Of a DNA stretch of 64,000 nucleotides, positions 29,281-36,813 are shown one piece after another (position 1 is the first letter of the stretch; each line of letters opens with the position of its first letter). Below the pieces are notes generated by a model, which saw only the letters and a list, made by a program, of their open reading frames with translations, was not told where the DNA came from and made no database searches. Made by a program: the position numbers and the translations under genes. The DNA is taken from positions 1,103,330-1,167,329 of the forward strand of contig OZ242013.1 of the NCBI GenBank assembly GCA_965204805.1, written 5' to 3'. The stretch is from Dehalococcoidia bacterium. GTDB lineage: Bacteria; Chloroflexota; Dehalococcoidia; Lucifugimonadales; UBA3495.

Positions 29281-32200
29281 TCAGGCACTGGGAGCTGGGT
29301 CAGTCTGCAGCCGAGTCATGGAATCCACGATGTCCATGGTCCTGACGCTCACGGTGCAGACGCGCTGGAGGAGGTCGATGACGCGCTCCTTGTGGTCGGC
29401 GAAGCGGTAGGTGTTGAACTTGGCGGTAATGGTAGGATCGCGGGGCTTGCGCTCCTTGTACTGGTCGAGGACCCACTCGAGGGCGGAGCGGCTGCCCAGG
29501 CGGTAGTCCCACGCTTGCGGTGGCACGCCGGTGAGTGTGGTCCTGCTGTCCAGGACGATGGCACCACGCCCCTTGTCGGCGCGCAGGAGCGCCTTGCCGG
29601 CATCAGCGGGACCATCGACCCGCACCAGCTCGTGCGGGTCAGCCGACTCGAAGCCGATGTGCAGGTCCAGTAGCTCCTGGCCCATTGACGCCCATGCCGC
29701 GAAGTCGTAATGGAATGGCAGGCGAGGGAACTCCCTGAGCAGGTCCACGCCGTAGTTTTCGCGGTACTCCGGATCATGGAGAACGGCGTAGGTGTAGGCG
29801 AAGATGTCCTCGGCGGTGATGAGCTCGTTTTCGTAGTGTTCCCGGAACTGCCGTAGTCCCCAGTCGGTGATGTTGCTGACCCGCTTACCGTCGGGCGTGT
29901 AGCGGTATAGCGGCAGGCATTGGGTGTCCCCGGTGAAATGCAAATCGAAGACCCTGTCGGCGGCCAAGACATAAAAGGATTTTCCGTTGACGCAGAAGCA
30001 TATCGCCCTGTTTTCGTCTGTAGTGCCTACTGGAAATATATCGGGCAACTGGTATTGCATCTCGTTAAGGCTTTGGTTGAAGTACAACGACCTGCCCACA
30101 AACGGGCGGAACAGGGTTTGTCGTATGCTCTTACGGTCAAAGACATTGGGAGCATCTAATCGCAATTGTCGTTTTAGGTCGCGGGTCCACTTGATGGTTG
30201 TGCCCAGGGTGTCGTTGTCAACATCCTTGCCACCGTGCACTGCTCTGCTTTCTTCATATAGATTGATGAAGATGCGAACTTTCCGGCCGAGTTCGTCGGC
30301 GTCGAAGTCATACACCCATTCGTCTCGATTGGTAACGACGCCCATTGAATACAACCCAAAAACCGCTTCTTCTTCACCGGAGGACTTGGCTAGCTTAGTC
30401 TGGCGGTCAGCGAGAGGCATCAGGCTGGCGAAATTGGTGTTGGACTGGTTGAGCCAGTTGTCCTTAACGTCGGGCGTGATGCTCTCAAAGGGAATTTCGT
30501 TCAGCTTTGCGTCGCGGAGATAGGCCAGCTTATTCAACGCAAGCTCGGCGTCCTCGCGGCGGGTGTAATGGATACCGCAGTTACCCAGCTTGCCCTTTTC
30601 CCGAACAAAGAAGCCGATAGCAACGCCGGTCTGAATGCCGAAGACATTGTGAGTTGTGCCGGAAATCTTCGGGTTGCGGCGCACGTCCGAGCCTAGGTCG
30701 ACGATATACAAGTCGCTGAACTCTTTGGCGGCGACCTGCCTGAAACCGTCATCTTGACGTGTCTCCAAGTAGGCGCGGTTGGTGATAAAGGCGATGATGC
30801 CGTCGTCGGCGAGGCGGTCACAAGCCCACCGGATGAAGCGCTTGTACATATCGTACTGCTTGGTCTTCTGAGCGGTGCTTGCGGAGATGTAGGTCTCGCT
30901 GATGCGGCGATCAATTTGTGGGTATTCGCGGTTCCTGTTGTTGTCGTTCTCGTTCTGCTGATTGGCGTTGTACGGGGGGTTCCCAATGATCACGCTGATG
31001 GGCTTTTCGTTTTGCTCCTGGACTCGGATCCAGTTCTCCTCCGAAAGGCTGCCCAGGTTGAACGCGCCCTGGCGCGTCACCGCGCCTCCTGTGGCGCCCG
31101 ACTGCTGCCAGTCCAAGTTGTCCAGCGTGTCCACGAAGCACAGGTTGGGGAACTCCAGGTATTTTCCGGTGCGCTCCCTGTAGCTGTACTCGATGTTCAG
31201 GTTGGCGATGTAGTAGGGGAGGATGGCCACCTCGTTGGCGTGGATCTCGTTCAGGTACTTGTACTCCAGCCGATCGGCCGGCAGGTAGTCGATGAGGCTG
31301 GTGACGAACGTGCCCGTCCCGGTGGCCGGGTCGAGAATCTGAACGTTCTCATCGGCCAGGCTCCTGCCGAAGTGTTTTTGCAGCAGGTGGTCCGCGCCCC
31401 GGATGATGAAATCGACCACCTCGTTGGGGGTGTAGACAACCCCGAGGCGGTCGGCGGCGGCGGGGTTGTAGGCCTTGTAGAAGTCCTCGTAGATGGCCTT
31501 GAGGAACTTCTGCTTTTCGGAGTAGTCTGAGATCTCGTCGGCGGCGCGGCCGATGGCGCCATAGTAGGCGCGGAGGCGGTCGACCGCCTGTCGGCGCACG
31601 TCGCCGGTGAAGAACGTCCGCTCCAGGGCGGCGAGCTGGCGGGCGATGTTGTTCTCCCGGTGGAACTGGTCCTCGGCGAACACCCGCAAGAAGATGTCCT
31701 GGGTGAGGATGTGTTGCAGCAGCATCTCCCGGACGTCGGCCTCCGACACGGCCGGGCCGATGCTGCGGTGGCACAGCTCGAGGAACCTGGCGACGCCCTC
31801 GCGGTACTCCTCGTTGCCTTCCTCGGCGTCGGCCACGGCCTGGCGGAGGTTCTCGAGGACTGAGGGCAGGTCCGCGGCGAACTGCTGGCGCGCCTGGCGG
31901 AACTCCCCGATCTCCGGCAACTCGTAGTCCAGGAACCGGCCGATAAGGCGGTGCAGCCTCCCGGCGTCGGTCATGTCCACCCGCATCGCCTCGTCGCCGT
32001 TCTGGAAGAGCACGGCGACCCGGGAGTCCTCGAACAGTATGTTGTCGCGGGGATAGCCACGAGCGAACTTGTCCTGGATCTCGGCGTCCAAGTTGTCGTG
32101 GGTGTCCTTGGCCTCCCAGTACCCACGGGTCATGCGCAGGGCATCGCGGATGGTGCCGTCAGGCTTGGTGCCCTTGGCGGCGGCGAGCTCGGGGACTAGG

Positions 32201-32346
32201 ACCAGCTTGTCGCGGTGGGCAGCGCAGTAGGCCGCCAGGCAGTTCTGGAACGCCGGACGGATGCTCAGCTCGTTGTCCGACCCGCCGGCCTCAATGAGCT
32301 CAGCCAAGGAGGCGTAGTATTGTTCTACGTTGGGATATAAGGGCAT
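29281..32346 (-). CDS. fused PD-(D/E)xK nuclease / N6-adenine DNA methyltransferase / C-terminal specificity-domain enzyme (Type IIG-like or helicase-less Type ISP-like)
   Basis: 1021 aa. N-terminus has ..VPEL..KPDGTIRDALRMTRGYWEAKD (E..D..EAK). Motif I is ILDPATGTGTF and motif IV is IIGNPPYNANQ. The C-terminal ..WDYRLGSRSALEWVLDQYK.. resembles the Type ISP/YeeA-like C-terminal domain. No helicase module. Confidence 0.8.
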   Translation of the reverse strand: MPLYPNVEQYYASLAELIEAGGSDNELSIRPAFQNCLAAYCAAHRDKLVLVPELAAAKGTKPDGTIRDALRMTRGYWEAKDTHDNLDAEIQDKFARGYPRDNILFEDSRVAVLFQNGDEAMRVDMTDAGRLHRLIGRFLDYELPEIGEFRQARQQFAADLPSVLENLRQAVADAEEGNEEYREGVARFLELCHRSIGPAVSEADVREMLLQHILTQDIFLRVFAEDQFHRENNIARQLAALERTFFTGDVRRQAVDRLRAYYGAIGRAADEISDYSEKQKFLKAIYEDFYKAYNPAAADRLGVVYTPNEVVDFIIRGADHLLQKHFGRSLADENVQILDPATGTGTFVTSLIDYLPADRLEYKYLNEIHANEVAILPYYIANLNIEYSYRERTGKYLEFPNLCFVDTLDNLDWQQSGATGGAVTRQGAFNLGSLSEENWIRVQEQNEKPISVIIGNPPYNANQQNENDNNRNREYPQIDRRISETYISASTAQKTKQYDMYKRFIRWACDRLADDGIIAFITNRAYLETRQDDGFRQVAAKEFSDLYIVDLGSDVRRNPKISGTTHNVFGIQTGVAIGFFVREKGKLGNCGIHYTRREDAELALNKLAYLRDAKLNEIPFESITPDVKDNWLNQSNTNFASLMPLADRQTKLAKSSGEEEAVFGLYSMGVVTNRDEWVYDFDADELGRKVRIFINLYEESRAVHGGKDVDNDTLGTTIKWTRDLKRQLRLDAPNVFDRKSIRQTLFRPFVGRSLYFNQSLNEMQYQLPDIFPVGTTDENRAICFCVNGKSFYVLAADRVFDLHFTGDTQCLPLYRYTPDGKRVSNITDWGLRQFREHYENELITAEDIFAYTYAVLHDPEYRENYGVDLLREFPRLPFHYDFAAWASMGQELLDLHIGFESADPHELVRVDGPADAGKALLRADKGRGAIVLDSRTTLTGVPPQAWDYRLGSRSALEWVLDQYKERKPRDPTITAKFNTYRFADHKERVIDLLQRVCTVSVRTMDIVDSMTRLQTDPAPSA

Positions 32347-32401
32347 GGCTGCACCTTACTCAACTTTTCTTGAGCTCGATTCCCCTTAGTGTTTTCTTGG
32401 C

Positions 32402-33859
32402 TTAGGCTGGTGCCCAAGGGACTCGCTCTATTCGCGACCCACTGGCGTCCCTTCCCTTCAACCTGTTCACGAACTCACCTGTGTAGCCGCAGAATCTAAG
32501 AATGATTAATTCAATATAGTACAACCCCAAGCTTTGAGCCTCCCGCACGGCGAACTCACTAAAGGGGCCACTCCTATTGTCGGGATGGACAAGGTTGTTT
32601 CGGAGCACAGTTAGCAGGTGCGGGCCGTGGCTCCACTGGCCCTTGTAGTTGAGGGCTGTCAATTCCGTGCAGTCAGCGGGCAAGCTCGGATCAATACTGT
32701 TGCATCGCAACGCCTCGGCAATCCAGTCACCCTCAAGCTGGTTGTGCCCCTTCGGACCATTGACCAAAAATGACAAGCGCTCAAGCCCGGCGTGAGCCAG
32801 GATTACTCCGACCTCCGGCTCGGTGCTCTCATTGCCCCTCAAATACCATTGAATGACTTTGGTTACACCCTCAGCTCTGTTGGAACCGGCAAACAAATCG
32901 AGGAACCCACCAAAGATGGATGACAAGTGATGACTTCCTCCCGGATCAAGCCAAGAGGCAAGTTCCCGTTGGCAAGGTTCGACTTCGTAGGTTCCCCATT
33001 GTTCCCATATTCGATTGCGATCAGCATCGTGACCAGACAAGTAAGTCAAGCCACAGTAAGAGCCTCTTGCAAAGGATAGGAACAGGTGAAGTACTTTGAG
33101 AAGATCGTTAAGGTCGTCCAAAGAAAACTGCTGGCAATCTTCCCTGACGACACTTCCAATATGAGTAATGGCAGAACCTCCCCTTCGAAGCAGGCCGTAG
33201 TGAACGCCCATCACGGAGTCGACCCCAACGACATTTACTAACCACGGATGGGATCGAAGTCGAAAACGCTGGTACAACAAACCTCGTGACTTGTTATTTG
33301 GGTCTGGGTAACGCGTTAGGTCGTAATCTCCCCAAATGCTTGGGAAGTTAATCAAGGCAAACTTGCCTCTGGTCAATAGGGAGTCATCTTCCTTGACCGT
33401 AACCAACTCTGCCTTAGGAATTAGCGTGAGCCTAATTCCTCCTCCAATGCTAGTTTCTCCTAGTAGAACGTCAACACTCGTTCCATTTTCTAAGATGACC
33501 TGGATTTCTCCCTTTTCCCTTATCTCGTTTGTAGCTTGGACGTCATCCCAAGTGAACGCACATTCCATCAGAACTTTCGGCCTTGGAGACAAATTAAAAG
33601 TGACCGTTGCCGGGGCGCTGATGAGTCCATTATCGAGCGCGATCTGAACAGTCGTTCTCCGCAGCGTGTAAGAGCGATTGAGTCTTTCCGATGGCTTCAT
33701 TTGCTCCAAGTCCTCTTCATATACCCTGGTGTTATCCCTTTGGCTGAAGGAGAGACTTTCTCTATCCGCGATGATATGCCTCGAATCGCTCACGGCGCGT
33801 ACCCAAGGTTTCGCCATCATACACCCAGACACTAGCGGGGTCGTTCCATGTAACCCCAT
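32402..33859 (-). CDS. uncharacterised protein with a C-terminal HEPN-type RNxxxH motif (ApeA-like candidate effector); start uncertain
   Basis: 485-aa ORF. RNNLVH is encoded at 32585-32602, in a predicted helical C-terminal region (..LLTVLRNNLVHPD..AVREAQSLGLYYIELIILRF). Alternative starts are at 33817 and 33700. Visibly lower G+C than the flanks. Confidence 0.55.
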   Translation of the reverse strand: MGLHGTTPLVSGCMMAKPWVRAVSDSRHIIADRESLSFSQRDNTRVYEEDLEQMKPSERLNRSYTLRRTTVQIALDNGLISAPATVTFNLSPRPKVLMECAFTWDDVQATNEIREKGEIQVILENGTSVDVLLGETSIGGGIRLTLIPKAELVTVKEDDSLLTRGKFALINFPSIWGDYDLTRYPDPNNKSRGLLYQRFRLRSHPWLVNVVGVDSVMGVHYGLLRRGGSAITHIGSVVREDCQQFSLDDLNDLLKVLHLFLSFARGSYCGLTYLSGHDADRNRIWEQWGTYEVEPCQRELASWLDPGGSHHLSSIFGGFLDLFAGSNRAEGVTKVIQWYLRGNESTEPEVGVILAHAGLERLSFLVNGPKGHNQLEGDWIAEALRCNSIDPSLPADCTELTALNYKGQWSHGPHLLTVLRNNLVHPDNRSGPFSEFAVREAQSLGLYYIELIILRFCGYTGEFVNRLKGRDASGSRIERVPWAPA

Positions 33860-34049
33860 AAGCGTCGTTACAGGCGGCGGTCAACGATTTGACTACGCCA
33901 TCGTGAAGTACTCGCGGTGGCGACAAGGCTACTACCACGCAGCTTGTTTCCATCTCGTCGATAAGTAACAGGACATCCCCCAACCGGAGACCTATCATCT
34001 CCAAATCAAGGTTGGGACGTGTCTGGGATTGTTCGTGACTCACCATCAC
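33762..34049 (-). CDS. small protein (95 aa) or N-terminal piece of the downstream gene
   Basis: ..IGLRLGDVLLL..VVVALSPPRVLHDGVVKSLTAACNDAYGV..VWVYDGETLGTRRE recalls a small domain often fused to R-M/defence proteins. That recall is from memory only. It overlaps the 485-aa ORF by 98 nt in another frame. Confidence 0.35.
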   Translation of the reverse strand: MMVSHEQSQTRPNLDLEMIGLRLGDVLLLIDEMETSCVVVALSPPRVLHDGVVKSLTAACNDAYGVTWNDPASVWVYDGETLGTRRERFEAYHRG

Positions 34050-34398
34050 ACACTCCAGTCATGGCGGGATGCGGGTCTCTTGTACTCAGTTTGCCTCTTT
34101 CTCCAGCCCCGGCACATCCACCGTCTGATGAACGTAAGGCGTCCCAGATTTCTGTTGTAGGCCGCCACCTCCGGCGCTCAGTCTTAGGATCGATGGTCAG
34201 TGCCTCGGCGCGGACCCTGAAGTGCTGCCGCGGGGGATGCGACGTAGCTCACCAGAGCTGCCAAAAAGGCTTGCTCATCGATCAGGCACACAGACAGGAA
34301 GGCCCCAACGGGCAGCGCCAGGGCGTTTCCCAGGAAACGGATGTCGTCGAAGCTCAAGTGGACCAACTCCGCGGCGGGAATAACCCCGCCGAAGCCGC

Positions 34399-35070
34399 CT
34401 ACACCTCCTCCGACATTTGCAGTTGCTGAACAACCATCAGCGTGGCGCCACCGAACTCAACCCCCGAGCGTGCACAATATTGAGCAAATGCGTGCCGATC
34501 TTCGGTGGGCATAGCCGTCCAATCCTCAACGAATCGGCGCGTCCACTGCAAGCGATAGAAACGCACGTCGACCTTGTTTAACCCCAAGTCATCAATCGTC
34601 CGGAGAGCCTTCATTCTGGTTTCCTGAGCAAGACTTGCTATAGGGATTATCTCCCCTGTGGCGGCGTCGTAGTCAAAGTACTCCTCCGGACGATCCTGCT
34701 CATCCGGGGCGCTCGGGTCGACGTACCCCAATGACGGCCACTCGCCCCCCTTGTTGTCGACGTTGCATCTGTGGCAACTGAAAATCCAGTTGCGCCAATT
34801 GTAGGCCAACTCAGGGAAGTGCCTCAGCGGCTTGAAATGGTCAATCGTGGGGGATTTCCCTCCGCCATCAGTCTCTCGGAAGCACAGCCTCTCGCAGTAC
34901 CAGCAGACATTGCCTGAGCAACTGCCCAAGGGAGTCCTGAATTCACGCCAATGTGAGTCTCCGGGTCGGTCGCCGACCCCATCTCTAAAATATCGGACCC
35001 ATCCTTGCGTGAACTGGTGCTCGTATTCCTGTACACCTTCCGGTTCCGGCCCTCGATCAATCCAGCGCAT
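34399..35070 (-). CDS. ptuB: Septu PtuB-like HNH endonuclease (TIGR02646-type)
   Basis: 223 aa. CWYCERLC..TIDHFKPLRHFPELAYNWRNWIFSCHRCNVDNKG is the HNH core. It starts 6 nt after the ATPase stop. Confidence 0.7.
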   Translation of the reverse strand: MRWIDRGPEPEGVQEYEHQFTQGWVRYFRDGVGDRPGDSHWREFRTPLGSCSGNVCWYCERLCFRETDGGGKSPTIDHFKPLRHFPELAYNWRNWIFSCHRCNVDNKGGEWPSLGYVDPSAPDEQDRPEEYFDYDAATGEIIPIASLAQETRMKALRTIDDLGLNKVDVRFYRLQWTRRFVEDWTAMPTEDRHAFAQYCARSGVEFGGATLMVVQQLQMSEEV

Positions 35071-35076
35071 ACGGGA

Positions 35077-36468
35077 CTAACTGCCGTCCTGAGACAGCTC
35101 GGATTGACGAAAGCGCAGGAATTCCAGCATCATCTCGCCGTAGCGCTCCTGTTGTGACTCCATCGGTGTGCTGCTGGAGATGAAGTCCTCATTCACCTGG
35201 CGACGTAATGTGGATAGCTCCTCTTCCTCGGATTCGCTCAGAGTTTCCAGGCCCCGCAGCTCCCGCAGACGAACGGCACGGTCTACCGTCAGTTGGTCGG
35301 TGGGCTCGTCAACTCCCATAAAGGTCCGCAATATCTCGTCAGTGGTCCAGCCGATGATGTCCCTCTCGTTGGTGGTGGCCGCAACCACTCCTTCCGAATC
35401 CCTTTTCAGCATATGCACCTGGCCCGCCCTTAACCCGGCCACCACGAAGGGAGAGTGTGTGGTCGCAAAGATCTGCAGGCCAGGAAAATACTTGATCAAT
35501 GACGGAATCACCCGCCGTTGCCACGTCGGGTGCAGGTGGTTCTCTACCTCGTCAATCAGCAGGACAGCCGGTCGGTGGGCCCACCCTTCGGCAAATTCGT
35601 AATGATTGAGCATTTTCAGCGCCAACCAAAATATCCACAAGAGAGTTGACTGAGACCCGGAACTCAAATCGCCGACATATATCCGCGGGGTATTCTCCCC
35701 ACCGAGGTTTATCGGCCGGTTCTCCGGCCTGAGGTGATCGAATCTGGGAGTGTCGGTAGTGACGACTCCGAGCATTCGGTTAATGGATATGTTCTCAAGG
35801 TCAGCTAGCGGTTGATCGGCGATGAACTCGACATCCAGGCCGGTGGGGTAATTCAGCCCTCTCTCATTGGTGATTAACTCCTCACAGATGGACTTGGTAC
35901 AGGCATGGGACACTCTGTCCACATAGAGGAAATTCCAAGCCCTTCGTTCACCGGTCGGAAGGTTTTGCTCCTTTTCTTCGTCGAACATATCCCGGGTCTT
36001 TTCGTACAGCATTTCGATGGCAGCGTTCAGCCTGGCACCGGAGAATTCCCCCGACAGTATCTCCTCGACTGTCGATCCGAACTCGTCTGATTCACCCAAG
36101 TCCGATACGGCGGGCAGCCCGATTCGGGTGGGGCCAATGAATATCACCGGCGGACCAGGGTTGGCATGCCGGCCGAAGTAGGCTTTGGCAAAGTCCTTAT
36201 CTGCGCACAGCAGGTTCTTGCCTTTCGTCCACTCGTTGAAATAATCGGTCTCTTCGCCGAAAGTCAGTCTCAGGTCCATCTGTTCGGGTGTCCTCACCCA
36301 GTGGTCTGCGGTCGTCCTTTCGTTGAACCTTTCGTCTAATGCCGAAAGCAGCCTGCTTTTTCCGGTTGCGTTTGGGCCCACGAAGAGGTTGACAGTCGGG
36401 TCGAAGGTTACTTCGACCGGCTCTGTGAACGGCGGCACCCCGCCGTAGCGCATCTTGGTGAGGTGCAT
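35077..36468 (-). CDS. ptuA: Septu PtuA-like ABC/AAA_15-21-type ATPase
   Basis: 463 aa. Walker A FVGPNATGKS, signature-like LSSGSQS, Walker B VLLIDEVENHLHP, H-loop ATTHSP. Confidence 0.7.
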   Translation of the reverse strand: MHLTKMRYGGVPPFTEPVEVTFDPTVNLFVGPNATGKSRLLSALDERFNERTTADHWVRTPEQMDLRLTFGEETDYFNEWTKGKNLLCADKDFAKAYFGRHANPGPPVIFIGPTRIGLPAVSDLGESDEFGSTVEEILSGEFSGARLNAAIEMLYEKTRDMFDEEKEQNLPTGERRAWNFLYVDRVSHACTKSICEELITNERGLNYPTGLDVEFIADQPLADLENISINRMLGVVTTDTPRFDHLRPENRPINLGGENTPRIYVGDLSSGSQSTLLWIFWLALKMLNHYEFAEGWAHRPAVLLIDEVENHLHPTWQRRVIPSLIKYFPGLQIFATTHSPFVVAGLRAGQVHMLKRDSEGVVAATTNERDIIGWTTDEILRTFMGVDEPTDQLTVDRAVRLRELRGLETLSESEEEELSTLRRQVNEDFISSSTPMESQQERYGEMMLEFLRFRQSELSQDGS

Positions 36469-36471
36469 TCA

Positions 36472-36762
36472 TCAACTCCATGGAACTGCGTTGCCTTGGC
36501 CGCCGTTCTGCTTTTCGGTCTCACCGGCCTCCCAGTATCCCCGGGTCATGCGCAGGGCGTCGCGGACGGTGCCGTCGGGCTTGGCGCCCCTGGAGGCGGT
36601 GAGCTCGGGGACCAGGACCAGCTTGTCGCGGTGGGCGGCACAGTAGGCGGCCAGGCAGTTTTGGAAGGCCGGGCGGATGCTCAGCTCGTTATCAGAGCCG
36701 CCGGCCTTGATGAGCTCGGCCAAGGAGGCGTAGTAGGTTGCTATGTTCGGGTAGGTAGGCAT
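36472..36762 (-). pseudogene. 5' stump (79 homologous codons) of a second copy of the fused nuclease-MTase gene
   Basis: MPTYPNIATYYASLAELIKAGGSDNELSIRPAFQNCLAAYCAAHRDKLVLVPEL..KPDGTVRDALRMTRGYWEA aligns with aa 1-79 of the 29281-32346 product. Homology stops inside the EAK motif, then unrelated sequence runs to a stop 4 nt from the ptuA ATG. Confidence 0.85.
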
Positions 36763-36813
36763 AGCTGCATATTACTCTGCCTTTTCTTGGGCCTGAATCG
36801 CCCAATGTGCCCC

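Noticed and set aside
29281-32346. BREX PglX assignment for the 1021-aa methyltransferase
   Set aside because: No PglZ, BrxC, BrxL or BrxA/B candidates are nearby. The N-terminal PD-ExK and the Type ISP-like C-terminal domain fit a fused R-M enzyme better.
32402-36468. Retron (RT + msr/msd) associated with the PtuA/PtuB pair
   Set aside because: No reverse-transcriptase-like ORF (YxDD, RT fingers/palm motifs) is present in any frame that I read. The adjacent 485-aa protein has a HEPN motif, not RT motifs.
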